Below are positions 9,817 to 22,600 of a DNA stretch of 64,000 nucleotides, piece after piece. The stretch is from Eledone cirrhosa (Eukaryota). Both the position numbers and the translations under genes were made by a program. The DNA is taken from assembly GCA_964016885.1 (NCBI GenBank), contig OZ024764.1:27714001-27778000 (forward strand), given 5' to 3'. How positions within the stretch are numbered: position 1 is the first letter of the stretch; each line of letters begins with the position of its first letter. Under the pieces are notes generated by a model that made no database searches, was not told where the DNA came from, and saw only the letters and a program-made list of their open reading frames with translations.

Positions 9817-10427
9817 GTTTTTTAAACTCTGAACTCAGCATCTTTCTGTTGTTCTCCGGGATTCTAGCAAAGTATAAAAAAAAATATATATATATAGATA
9901 TATATATATATATCTGGCAGTCAACCTCAGACTCGAAAAAGCCGCCGCTAATCGTGATCGTTGGGGTTATAATTCGACTAAAGTGCTTCCACTGGGCACC
10001 ATTAGCTGGTTGTGATTATTGGAGAATTCTTTCTGCGCTGAAAGAGCCTAGGACTAAAAGATATATATATAGATGTCGAAACGGCAGTAGCACAGCCGTT
10101 GGGGTCCTGAATATTTTCACATCTATATATGTGTGTGTATTCTGCGACATTTATAATTACATAAGCAAGCATATTTGAATAACAAAATTTGAGGTTTAAA
10201 TACTTTATTTTTTACCAATAACATAGAGAAAGGCATGAACAACACCACATGTTAATTACTTTAATATTGAAAGTAGGCTTATAAATATTAAAAAAGCAGA
10301 TGTTTGTATCTTTCATGGTGGTCTGGTGGGTGATACCAGAGATGGTGGTAGTCATGGTTTACATATAAGGTCTCATTTTTCTTTCTTTCAGTTTTCTTCT
10401 TATCTCTAGATATAAATATATATACAT

Positions 10428-10536
10428 GAGGTAATTTGGTAGAATTGTTAGAACATCAGATAGAATTCTTTGCAGTATTTTTCCAGTTCTTTACTCTGAG
10501 TTCAACTTTACCTTTCTTCCATTCGGTGTCGATAAG
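10428..10536 (+). mobile_element. Old CORE-type SINE fragment (copies at ~13144-13252 and ~48183-48292)
   Basis: tggtagaattgttagaacatcagatagaattc...ctgagttcaa...cctttcttccattcggtgtcgataa. Same family as 421-585, opposite strand. Confidence 0.7.
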
Positions 10537-11232
10537 TCTTGAATATGTCTAACGTAGCAATAACTGGAGCTACTTAACCAAGTTTTCCCAACCTAGTCGA
10601 TGTCACCTACTGGTTGGCGATTTAAACTGTTGGCTGGGACAATGACCAACTAATCAGTCAGATTCCAACTCACTATGTCTGGCATATATTTTATATTTTA
10701 TATTTGAATGAAGTTCTGTAAGTAACCTGGTGGCTTAGATGGCAATACTGCTCGAATAGATGGCTTCTATTATGAAGTTATAAGTTCATTCCCTATCCAG
10801 GATTGTAGAATTAATTTTATTTAGTTATTATTTAATCAATTGTTTTAACAAACAAATTATATCTATAAAACGCCAAATATAGTGAGTTCAAATCTGACTG
10901 ACATGCATGGTATATATTTATGTTTCATTATGCAGCGACACAATACACAGGAACTTATAAAGATATGTATATATTGTCCAGGAGTTTCGAGTTTAGTGGG
11001 AATTGGTACAACTCTCAATTGGAGCTAGTCCCTGCAAGATCAGCATAAATAATGTTATACCTTTTCATGAAATCTTGCACACCCGATATTTTATACATGA
11101 TTATTTAAAGGTGAACAAAAACCGAAGAACATTGAGCAGCATTCTCAACCTTTCTACCCATGTCGATCTCTTGAAATAGTTTTTATGTCTCAGGGAAGCC
11201 CTGCATAAAATATACTTTTTCTATCTCTAGAG

Positions 11233-11290
11233 CAGTGGTTCCCGAATCGTGTGCTGCGAGATGAAACAAGATGAGCTGCAAAAGACTAAG
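11233..11290 (+). mobile_element. hAT-like transposon terminus relic (copies at ~13950 and ~48989)
   Basis: cagtggttccc(g/a)aatcgtgtgctgcg, preceded by tctagag. Confidence 0.45.
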
Positions 11291-11404
11291 ATTAAGTTTT
11301 ATGATGTGAAAAATGTAAAGCTGAAATTTCATATAAAAGTTCAAATATAGCTACAGCCACAAACCTAGGCTCCACACCCCGCAATGCAGAGGATAGTAAG
11401 ATAG

Positions 11405-11568
11405 TACCAAGGCCTGACTCACCTCTTCCACTCCATTGAGACCTCTGCCATACTTGGTCCCTGTACTGCTGATTTCCTCCATAAAGTCGGGAGGAAAGAC
11501 AACAGGAGCCTCATGAGGAGGGGCAACTATTGTAGCAGGTGTCTCTGGCCTTGTTCCGAGGTAACGCT
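11405..11568 (+). mobile_element. Another diverged CRE-type 3' ORF fragment (copies 14122-14285, 49161-49324)
   Basis: YQGLTHLFHSIETSAILGPCTADFLHKVGRK, then after frameshifting VSLALFRGNA. Shares ccgaggtaacgct with 6062-6074. Confidence 0.65.
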
Positions 11569-11820
11569 TTTACGTTTCTTCCACAGGTTGCGGCTGAGGG
11601 ACCACTTAGACTGGGGTGAAGTGTCTGTCCCTCCCCCGACTTCTTACTTCTTTTTTTTTCTCATTTTCATTTTCTTTACTCTTCTTGCTTATCTCTGCTA
11701 TACCACGGCATCAAAAACATATATAATATGTGTATGTATGGTATAGGTGTATTTATATTTAGGATAGTTATCAAAGGTAAATAGACTGGTTGGAGCAATA
11801 ACAGTCTTGTTTATGTATAT

Positions 11821-11889
<69 letters not shown>

Positions 11890-11985
11890 TGTTCTTGTAT
11901 TTCCATAGAAAAGGTAAAGAAAAGAAGAATGCTATATATATTGTACAGAGCTATTTAATTACATAATAAACAACAGAATATAATT

Positions 11986-12242
11986 ATTCCATGCAAATAG
12001 ACTTAGACTGGAAAACATTCAGACAGAGAAGAATGGATAATGAGCGTCGTAAGAGAAATTGCCAACAATTAATATTAATGGAAATGTAGAAGAATTTCAT
12101 ATTAGTGATATGAATGTTTCGTGTGATCACTGTGGAGCTTTGAAATTTAGAAATGAAAATTGTAACTGTTGTAATAAAGGAAAGGTTATGTTGCCACCAT
12201 TGCAAATATACCCTGAGAGACTGAGAAATCTCTTTGAAAGAG
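11986..12242 (+). mobile_element. Helitron N-terminal relic truncated at a snap-back hairpin
   Basis: ORF 12059-12280 matches the other copies up to RNLFER and then diverges. Confidence 0.85.
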
Positions 12243-12266
12243 ATTTCTCAGTCTCTCAGGGTATAT
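12206..12266. other. Perfect hairpin with 30-bp arms and a 1-nt loop at 12236
   Basis: atataccctgagagactgagaaatctcttt-G-aaagagatttctcagtctctcagggtatat. Confidence 0.95.
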
Positions 12267-13063
12267 ATTCCCGCCGGTGAAATAAAAATTTTAATAGAAA
12301 AACGGCGGGAATATATGTTACAACCCAACCTACATATTTTTGGGTTGTAACATATATTCCCGCCGTTGAAATAAATATTTTAATAGAAAAACGGCGGGAA
12401 TATATGTTACAACCCAATCTATATATATTTGAGTTGTAACATATATTCCCGCCGTTGAAATAAAAATTTTAATAGAAAAACGGCGGGAATATATGTTACA
12501 ACGCAATCTATATATATTTGGGTTGTAACATATATTCCCGCCGTTGAAATAAAAATTTTAATAGAAAAACGGCGGGAATATATGTTACAACCCAACCTAT
12601 ATATGTTTGGGTTGTAATATATATTCCCGCCGTTTTTCTGTTAAAATTTTTATTTCAACGGCGGGAATATATGTTACAACCCAAATATATGTAGATTGGG
12701 TTGTAACATATATTCCCGCCGTTTTTCTATTAAAATTTTTATTTCGACGGCGGGAATATATGTTACAACCCAAATATATATAGATTGCGTTGTAACATAT
12801 ATTCCCGCCGTTTTTCTATTAAAATTTTTATTTCAACGGCGGGAATATATGTTACAACCCAAATATATGTAGATTGGATTGTAACATATATTCCCGCCGT
12901 TTTTCTATTAAAATTTTTATTTCAACGGCGGGAATATATGTTACAACTCAAATATATATAGATTGGGTTGTAACATATATTCCCGCCGTTTTTCTATTAA
13001 AATTTTTATTTCACCGGCGGGAATATGTTACAACCCAAATATATATATATTGAGTTGTAACAT
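12262..13063. repeat. 89-bp tandem array of hairpin units (28-bp arm, 11-nt loop, 28-bp arm, 22-nt linker) with an orientation switch near 12600
   Basis: gaaataaa recurs at 12279, 12368, 12457 and 12546. The arm is aacggcgggaatatatgttacaacccaa. Four forward linkers are followed by five reverse-complement linkers. Confidence 0.95.
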
Positions 13064-14885
13064 GGGTTACATATAAGGTCTCATTTTTTTTCTTTTCTTT
13101 CTTTCAGTTTTCTTCTTATCTCTAGATATAAATATATACACATGAGGTAACTTGGTAGAATTGTTAGAACATCAGATAGAATTCTTTGCAGTATTTTTCC
13201 AGTTCTTTACTCTGAGTTCAACTTTACCTTTCTTCCATTCAGTGTCGATAAGTCTTGGATATGTCTAACGTAGCAATAACTGGAGCTACTTAACCAAGTT
13301 TTCCCAACCTAGTCGATGTAACCTACTGGTTGGCGATTTAAACTGTTGGCTGGGACAATGACCAACTAATCAGTCAGATTCGAACTCAATATGTCTGGCA
13401 TATATTTTATATTTTATATTTGAATGAAGTTCTGTAAGTAACCTGGTGGCTTAGATGGCAATACTGCTCGAATAGATGGCTTCTATTATGCAGTTATAAG
13501 TTCATTCCCTATCCAGGATTGTAGAATTAATTTTATTTAGTTATTATTTAATCAATTGTTTTAACAAACAAATTATATCTATAAAACGCCAAATATAGTG
13601 AGTTCAAATCTGACTGACATGCATGGTATATATTTATGTTTCATTATACAGCGACACAATACACAGGAACTTATAAAGATATGTATATATTGTCCAGGAG
13701 TTTCGAGTTTAGTGGGAATTGGTACAACTCTCAATTGGAGCTAGTCCCTGCAAGATCAGCATAAATAATGTTATACCTTTTCATGAAATCTTGCACACCC
13801 GATATTTTATACATGATTATTTAAAGGTGAACAAAAACCAAAGAACATTGTGCAGCATTTCTCAACCTTTCTACCCATGTCGATCTCTTGAAATAGTTTT
13901 TATGTCTCAGGGAAGCCCTGCATAAAATATACTTTTTCTATCTCTAGAGCAGTGGTTCCCAAATCGTGTGCTGCGAGATGAAACAAGATGAGCTGCAAAA
14001 GACTAAGATTAAGTTTTAAGATGTGAAAAATATAAAACTGAAATTTCATATAAAAGTTCAAATATAGCTACAGCCACAAACCTAGGCTCCACACCCCGCA
14101 ATGCAAAGGATAGTAAGATAGTACCAATGCCTGACTCACCTCTTCCACTCCATTGAGACCTCTGCCATACTTGGTCCCTGTACTGCTGATTTCCTCCATA
14201 AAGTCGGGAGGAAAGATGACAGGAGCCTCATGAGGAGGGGCGACTATTGTAGCAGGTGTCTCTGGCCTTGCTCCGAGGTAACGCTTTTACGTTTCTTCCA
14301 CAGGTTGCGGCTGAGGGACCACTTAGACTGGGGTGAAGTGTCTGTCCCTCCCCCGACTTCTTACTTCTTTTTTTTTCTCCTTTTCATTTTCTTTTCTCTT
14401 CTTGCTTATCTCTGCTATACCACGGCATCAAAAACATATATGATATATGTATGTATGGTATAGGTGTATTTATATTTAGGATAGTTATCAAAGGTAAATA
14501 GACTGGTTGGAGCAATAACAGTCTTGTTTATGTATATACATATATATATATATATTTATATGTTTGTTCTTGTATTTCCATAGAAAAGGTAAAGAAAAGA
14601 AGAGTGCTCTATGTATTGTACAGAGCTATTTAATTACATAATAAACAACAGAATGGAAAACATTCAGACAGAGAAGAATGGATAATGAGCGTTGTAAGAG
14701 AAATTGGCCAACAATTAATATTAATGGAAATGTAGAAGAATTTCATATTAGTGATATGAATGTTTCGTGTGATCACTGTGGAGCTTTGAAATTTAGAAAT
14801 GAAAATTGTAACTGTTGTAATAAAGGAAAGGTTGTGTTGCCACCATTGCAAATATACCCTGAGAGACTGAGAAATCTCTTTGAAA
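13061..14885 (+). repeat. Direct paralog of 10353-12242 (third copy ~48102-49924)
   Basis: Colinear, near-identical sequence, e.g. ORF-track 11513/14230/49269 and 13719/48758. Confidence 0.95.
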
Positions 14886-15395
14886 GAGGCCAGGAAGCAG
14901 TTGATTTCACAGAAACATCTGCAATTAAAACTACATTTATTTCACTTCATTTGGTGTTACCACCCGGCAGAGGCCCGTATAGCTTTCATATTCAGGGTCA
15001 AACATATCACTACACCCCCATCTCTGTAACCTGCAGAAAATACACCACAATATGGCCAGTTATATATTATTGATGGGAACGAAGGTATGTAGCACAGATT
15101 GGAAGTACGTCCAAATAATTGTTTCTAGCACAAGGCCAGCAATTACTGGTACTTTATTCTATCGACCTAATAAGGATGAAAACAAAGTCAACCTTGGAGG
15201 GATTTGAACCCAGAACGTAAAGGGACATAACCCTATGCTGTAAAGCATGGTGTCTGGCGCTCTACCGATACTGCCAATCCACTGCCCTAGTCCCAACAAA
15301 TAATGACTGCTCACCACAAAAAATGGCTATGATAAGAGAAGTGTTGCATGAATGTAATTCATATGTCGAAGTGTACAATACAATGCATGGCATCA
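14655..15395 (+). mobile_element. Helitron N-terminal relic with SINE (15123-15287, minus strand), ending at the insertion site
   Basis: ORF 14678-15073. Same SINE and same ggcatca|caaatg junction as at 693. Confidence 0.85.
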
Positions 15396-15399
15396 CAAA

Positions 15400-15458
<59 letters not shown>

Positions 15459-16345
15459 TACTAAAGAGTATGTAAAATTTTAAAATAAATACTTAAATTC
15501 AATTTGTATAATTACACATACAATATGTTTTGTTGTAAAACCCTAAATAATGATTTAAGAAATGATGTCAATCTCTTTGTACAGAGAAAAACAATTTATA
15601 TATATGCATTGTGTGCGCGTGTATACTCCATTTAAGACAGTGAAAAACCTAGTACCTCCTTCAAAGAATGCCAAATAGTTTATGCCTAAGGTGTATCACT
15701 AATTAAGTTACCGGTGTAGATATTTCAGTTGAACCCTGCTTCAAACATGCATATTATTATTATATATTTTCAAACACACTTACATACATTATATTTATAC
15801 ACATAGAAATAATAAGTTAAAACTAAAGTATAATGATATAACAACAGTATATAATAGTTTTCTTCACTTTATTGAAATGCAATCGTTTTAAAGAAAAAAC
15901 ATGACAGTATAAGAAATATTTAATATGATAACATAATATTTCAGGTAGGATGGTCGTTTCTCTATGATGGTGGTTTCTCTTTGAACTAATAATTGTTTCT
16001 ATTTTAGGCACAAGGTCAGTAATTAACCAGTACATTACTGGTACTTTATTTTATCGACCCCGTAAGGATGAAAGGCAAAGTTGACCTCGGATCGTAAAGG
16101 GACGTAACTATGCTGGAAAGCATGGCGTCAGACCCTCTACCGATACTGCCAATTCACCATACAGTATAATTATACAAATATGCATATAGATAGCAATATA
16201 TATACACTAATATGTATGTACATATTTATACATATATACATATATATAGGGAGAGAGAGAGACACATGTATGTATATATATATACACATGCGTGTATGCA
16301 TGTGTGTTTATGTACATTCTTCGGTATATATATCGGTATACACAT
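15396..16345. repeat. 5' unique part of the insertion (paralog of 694-1590), including a SINE at ~16004-16158
   Basis: Colinear with 694-1590 and 50433-51350. Confidence 0.9.
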
Positions 16346-16630
16346 TGGAGACACAGAGAGAGAGAGTTGAAACGAGAGGTGAGAGAGTTGAAACAAGAGA
16401 GGAGATGGTTGAAACACGAGGAGAGAGAGAGAGTTGAAACGAGAGGAGAGAGAGAGAGTTGAAACGAGGAGAGAGTTGAAACAAGAGGGTGAGGGGAGAG
16501 AGGAAGAGAGAGAGAGAGAGGAAGAGAGAGAGAGGGGATGAGAGAGAGGAATAGAGATAGAGGGGAAGAGAGAGAGGGGGAGAGAAGGGGATGAAACAAC
16601 AGAGAGAGGGGAGAGAAAGAGAGAGGGGAT

Positions 16631-16665
<35 letters not shown>

Positions 16666-19600
16666 ATTGAAACAAGAGAGAGATGAAACAAGTGAGGGAT
16701 TAGAGAGAGATGAAACAAGTGAGGGATTAGAGTGTTGAAACAAGAGAGAGAGAGCGAGATGAAATGAGAGAAAGAGAGTGAGATGAAATGAGAGAGTGGG
16801 AGCGAGATGAAACGAGACAGGGAGAGCGAGATGAAATGAGAGAGTTAGAGTGAGATGAAACGAGAGAGTGAGAGCGAGATGAAACGAGAGACAGAGAGAG
16901 CGAGATGACACGAGACAGAGAGCGAGATGAAATGAGAGAGAGAGAGTGAGAGAGAGAGATGAAACGAGAGAGAGAGTGCGAGATGAAACGAGAGTGAGAG
17001 AGCGAGATGAAACGAGAGAGTGAGAGCGAGATGAAATGAGAGAGAGAGAGAACGAGATGAAATAAGAGAGAGAGAGAGCGAGATGAAATGAGACATAGAG
17101 AGATGAAACGAGAGAGAGATGAAACGAGAAAGAGAGGAAACGAGAGAGAGGAAACGTGAGTAGAGAGCGAGATGAAACAGGAGCGAGAGAGCGAGATGAA
17201 ACGAGAGGTAGAGAGAGATGAAACGAGAGCGAGAGAGAGATAGAGGGAAATGAAACGTCAGAGAGAGAGACAGATGAAACGAGGGATATAGAGATGAAAC
17301 GAGAGAGAGAGATGAAACGAGAGAGAGGAAGAGAGAGATAGAACGAGAGAGAGGAAGAGAGAGATGAAACGAGAGAGAAGAAGACAGAGGTGAAACGAGA
17401 GAGAGAGCGAGATGAAACGAGAGAGAGAGCGAGATGAAACGAGGGAGAGGAAGAGAGAGAGCGAGAGATGAAACTCTGTCATGGACATATCTGACCCTGG
17501 GGCTAATAATTGTCATGTAATGTTATGGACATCTCTGCCCCTGTGGCTAATAATTCTGTCATGTAATGTTATGGACATCTCTGCCCCTGTGGCTAATAAT
17601 TCTGTCATGTAATGTTATGGAAATCTCTGCCCCTGTGGCTAATAATTCTGACATGTAATGTTATGGAATCTCTGCCCCTGTGGCTAATAAATCTGTCATT
17701 TGATGTTACGGACATCTCTGCCCCTGTGGCTAATAAATCTGTCATGTAATGTTATGGACATCTCTGTCCCTGTGGCTAATAATTCTGACATGTAATGTTA
17801 TGGACATCTCTGCCCCTGTAGCTAATAATTCTGACATGTAATGTTATGGACATCTCTGCCCCTGTGGCTAATAAATTCGTCATGTAATGTTATGGACATC
17901 TCTGCCCCTGTGGCTAATAAATCTGTCATGTAATGTTATGGACATCTCTGCCCCTGTGGCTAATAATTCTGACATGTAATGTTATGGACATCTCTGCCCC
18001 TGTGGCTAATAATTCTGACATGTAATGTTATGGACATCTCTGCCCCTGTGGCTAATAATTCTGAGAGAGATGAAACAAGTGAGGGATTAGAGAGAGATGA
18101 AACAAGTGAGGGATTAGAGTGTTGAAACAAGAGAGAGAGAGGAAGAGAGAGTGAGAGCGAAATCAAACGAGAGAGAGCGAGATGAAATGAGAGAGTGAGA
18201 GCGAGATGAAACGAGAGAGAGAGAGAGAGCGAGATGTAATGAGAGAGAGAGAGCGAGATGAAATGAGAGAGAGAGAGCGAGATGAAACGAGACAGAGAGA
18301 GCTGGATGAAACGAGACAGAGAGAGCGAGAGCGAGATGAAACGAGACAGAGAGAGCGAGATGAAACGAGAGAGAGAGAGCGAGATGAAATGAGAGAGAGA
18401 GAGCGAGATGAAATGAGAGAGAGAGAGCGAGATGAAACGAGAGAGTGAGAGCGAGATGGAACGAGACAGAGAGAGCGAGATGAAACGAGAGTGGGAGAGC
18501 TAGATGAAACGAGAGAGAGAGGAAATGAGAGAGACGAAACGAGAGAGAGGAAACGAGAGTAGAGAGCGAGATGAAACAGGAGAGAGAGAGCGAGATGAAA
18601 CAGGAGCGAGAGAGCGAGATGAAACGAGAGGGAGAGAGAGATGAAACGAGAGAGCGAGAGAGAGATAGAGGGAGATGAAACGACAGAGAGAGAGACAGAT
18701 GAAACGAGGGAGATAGAGATGAAACGAGAGAGAGAGATGAAACGAGAGAGAGGAAGAGAGAGATGGAACGAGAGAGAGGAAGAGAGAGATGGAACGAGAG
18801 AGAGGAAGACAGAGATGAAACGAGAGAGAGAGAGAGCAAGATGAAACGAGAGAGAGAGATGAAACGAGAGAGAGGAAGAGAGAGATGGAACGAGAGAGAG
18901 GAAGAGAGAGATGGAACGAGCGAGAGGAAGACAGAGATGAAACGAGACAGAGAGAGATCGAGATGAAACGAGAGAGAGGAAGAGAGAGAGCGCAAGATGA
19001 AACGAGAGAGAGATAGAGAGCGAGATGAAACGAGAGAGAGGAAGAGAGAGAGCGCGAGATGAAACGAGAGAGAGGAAGAGAGAGAGAGCGCGAGATGAAA
19101 TGAGAGAGAGAGAGCGAGATGAAATGAGAGATTGAGAGTGAGATGAAACGAGAGAGTGAGAGAGAGCGAGATGAAATGAGAGAGAGAGAGCGAGATGAAA
19201 TGAGAGAGAGAGAGCGAGATGAAACGAGACAGAGAGAGCGGGATGAAACGAGACAGAGAGATCGAGATGAAATGAGAGAGAGAGAGCGAGATGAAATGAG
19301 AGAGAGAGAGCGAGATGAAACGAGAGAGTGAGAGCGAGATGGAACGAGTCAGAGAGAGCGAAATGAAACGAGAGAGTGAGAGCTAGATGAAACGAGAGAG
19401 AGAGGAAACGAGAGAGAGAGGAAACGAGAGAGAGGAAACGAGAGAGAGGAAACGAGAGTAGAGAGCAAGATGAAACAGGAGAGAGAGAGAGCGAGATGAA
19501 ACCGGAGAGAGAGAGCGAGATGAAACGAGAGGGAGGGAGAGATGAAACGAGAGAGCGAGAGAGAGATAGAGGGAGATGAAACGAGAGAGTGATAGCTAGA

Positions 19601-22600
19601 TGAAACGAGAGAGAGAGGAATAGAGAGATGGAACGAGAGAGAGGAAGACAGATATGAAACGAGAGAGAGAGAGCGAGATGAAACGAGAGAGAGGAAGAGA
19701 GAGAGAAAGTCTGTCATGTAATGTTATGGACATATCTGCCCTTGGGGCTAATAATTGTCATGTAATGTTATGGACATATCTACCCTTGGGGCTAATAATT
19801 GTCGTGTAATGTTATGTACATCTCTGCCCCTGTGGCAAATAATTCTGTCATGTAATGTTATGGACATCTCTGTCCCTGTGGCTAATAATTATGTCATGTA
19901 ATGTTATGGACATCTCTGCCCCTGTGGCTAATAATTCTGTCATGTAATGTTATGGACATCTCTGCCCCTGTGGCTAATAAATTCGTCATGTAATGTTATG
20001 GACATCTCTGCCCCTGTGGCTAATAAATCTGTCATGTATTGTTATGGACATCTCTGCCCCTGTGGCTAATAATTCTGACATGTAATGTTATGGATATCTC
20101 TGCCCCTGTGGTTAATAATTCTGAGAGAGATGAAACAAGTGAGGGATAAGAGAGAGATGAAACAAATGAGGGATTAGAGTGTTGAAACAAGAGAGAGAGA
20201 GGAAGAGAGAGTGAGAGCGAGATCAAACGAGAGAGAGAGAGCGAGATGAAATGAGAGAGTGAGAGCGAGATGAAACGAGAGAGAGAGAGCGAGATGAAAT
20301 GAGAGAGCGAGAGCGAGATGAAATGAGAGAGAGAGAGCGAGATGAAACGAGACAGAGAGAGCGAGATGAAACGAGAGAGAGAGAGAGCGAAATGAAACGA
20401 GACAGATTAGAGCGAGATGAAACGAGAGAGAGAGAGCGAGATGAAATGAGAGAGAGAGAGCGAGATGAAACGAGAGAGTGAGAGCTAGAGGAAACGAGAG
20501 AGAGAGGAAACGAGAGAGAGGATACGAGAGAGAGGAAACGAGAGTAGAGAGCGAGATGAAACAGGAGAGAGAGAGCGAGATGAAACAGGAGAGAGAGAGC
20601 GAGATGAAACGAGAGGGAGAGAGAGATGATACGAGAGAGCGAGAGAGAGATAGAGGGAGATGAAACGACAGAGAGAGAGACAGATGAAACGAGGGAGATA
20701 GAGATGAAACGAGAGAGAGAGATGAAACGAGAGAGAGGAAGAGAGAGATGGAACGAGAGAGAGGAAGGGAGAGATGGAACGAGAGAGAGGAAGACAGAGA
20801 TGAAACGAGAGAGAGAGAGAGCAAGATGAAACGAGAGAGAGAGCTGAAACGAGAGAGAGGAAGAGAGAGATGGAACGAGAGAGAGGAAGAGAGAGATGGA
20901 ACGAGCGAGAGGAAGACAGAGATGAAACGAGACAGAGAGAGATCGAGATGAAACGAGAGAGAGGAAGAGAGAGAGCGCAAGATGAAACGAGAGAGAGAGA
21001 GAGCGAGATGAAACGAGAGAGAGGAAGAGAGAGAGCGCGAGATGAAACGAGAGAGAGGAAGAGAGAGAGCGCGAGATGAAATGAGAGAGAGAGAGCGAGA
21101 TGAAATGAGAGATTGAGAGTGAGATGAAACGAGAGAGTGAGAGAGAGCGAGATGAAATGACAGAGAGAGAGCGAGATGAAATGAGAGAGAGAGAGAGCGA
21201 GATGAAACGAGACAGAGAGAGCGGGATGAAACGAGACAGAGAGATCGAGATGAAATGAGAGAGAGAGAGCGAGATGAAATGAGAGAGAGAGAGCGAGATG
21301 AAACGAGAGAGTGAGAGCGAGATGGAACGAGTCAGAGAGAGCGAGATGAAACGAGAGAGTGAGAGCTAGATGAAACGAGAGAGAGAGGAAACGAGAGAGA
21401 GAGGAAACGAGAGAGAGGAAACGAGAGAGAGGAAACGAGAGTAGAGAGCAAGATGAAACAGGAGAGAGAGAGAGCGAGATGAAACCGGAGAGAGAGAGCG
21501 AGATGAAACGAGAGGGAGGGAGAGATGAAACGAGAGAGCGAGAGAGAGATAGAGGGAGATGAAACGAGAGAGTGATAGCTAGATGAAACGAGAGAGAGAG
21601 GAATAGAGAGATGGAACGAGAGAGAGGAAGACAGATATGAAACGAGAGAGAGAGAGAGCGAGATGAAACGAGAGAGAGGAAGAGAGAGAGCGCGAGATGA
21701 AACGAGAGAGAGAGAGCGAGATGAAACGAGAGAGAGAGCGAGATGAAACGAGAGAGAGGAAGAGAGAGAGCGCGAGATGAAAGTCTGTCATGTGATGTTA
21801 TGGACATATCTGCCCTTGGGGCTAATAATTGTCATGTAATGTTATGGACATATCTACCCTTGGGGCTAATAATTGTCATGTAATGTTATGGACATCTCTG
21901 CCCCTGTGGCAAATAATTCTGTCATGTAATGTTATGGACACCTCTGTCCCTGTGGCTAATAATTATGTCATGTAATGTTATGGACATCTCTGCCCCTGTG
22001 GCTAATAATTCTGTCATGTAATGTTATGGACATCTCTGCCCCTGTGGCTAATAAATTCGTCATGTAATGTTATGGACATCTCTGCCCCTGTGGCTAATAA
22101 ATCTGTCATGTAATGTTTTGGACATCTCTTCCCCTGTGGCTAATAATTCTGACATGTAATGTTATGGATATCTCTGCCCCTGTGGCTAATAATTCTGAGA
22201 GAGATGAAACAAGTGAGGGATAAGAGAGAGATGAAACAAGTGAGGGATTAGAGTGTTGAAACAAGAGAGAGAGAGGAAGAGAGAGTGAGAGCGAGATCAA
22301 ACGAGAGAGAGAGAGCGAGATGAAATGAGAGAGTGAGAGCGAGATGAAACGAGAGAGAGAGAGCGAGATGAAATGAGAGAGAGAGAGCGAGATGAAATGA
22401 GAGAGAGAGAGCGAGATGAAACGAGACAGAGAGAGCGAGGTGAAACGAGAGAGAGAGAGCGAAATGAAACGAGACAGATTAGAGCGAGATGAAACGAGAG
22501 AGAGAGAGCAAGATGAAATGAGAGAGAGAGAGCGAGATGAAACGAGAGAGTGAGAGCTAGAGGAAACGATAGAGAGAGGAAACGAGAGAGAGAGGAAACG

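Noticed and set aside
10726-10803. tRNA gene (A-box-like tggcttagatgg, B-box-like gttcattcc); similar hints at ~46545-46580 and ~48040-48105
   Set aside because: No cloverleaf could be drawn. At most these are decayed SINE heads, too weak to list.
11513-11746. ATG-initiated 77-aa ORF present in three copies
   Set aside because: It overlaps a CRE fragment out of frame and a T-rich tract. Its conservation reflects recent duplication.
12262-13063. 28-bp repeats with spacers as a CRISPR-like array
   Set aside because: The repeats alternate in orientation, and the 11-nt and 22-nt intervals are near-constant rather than acquired unique spacers.
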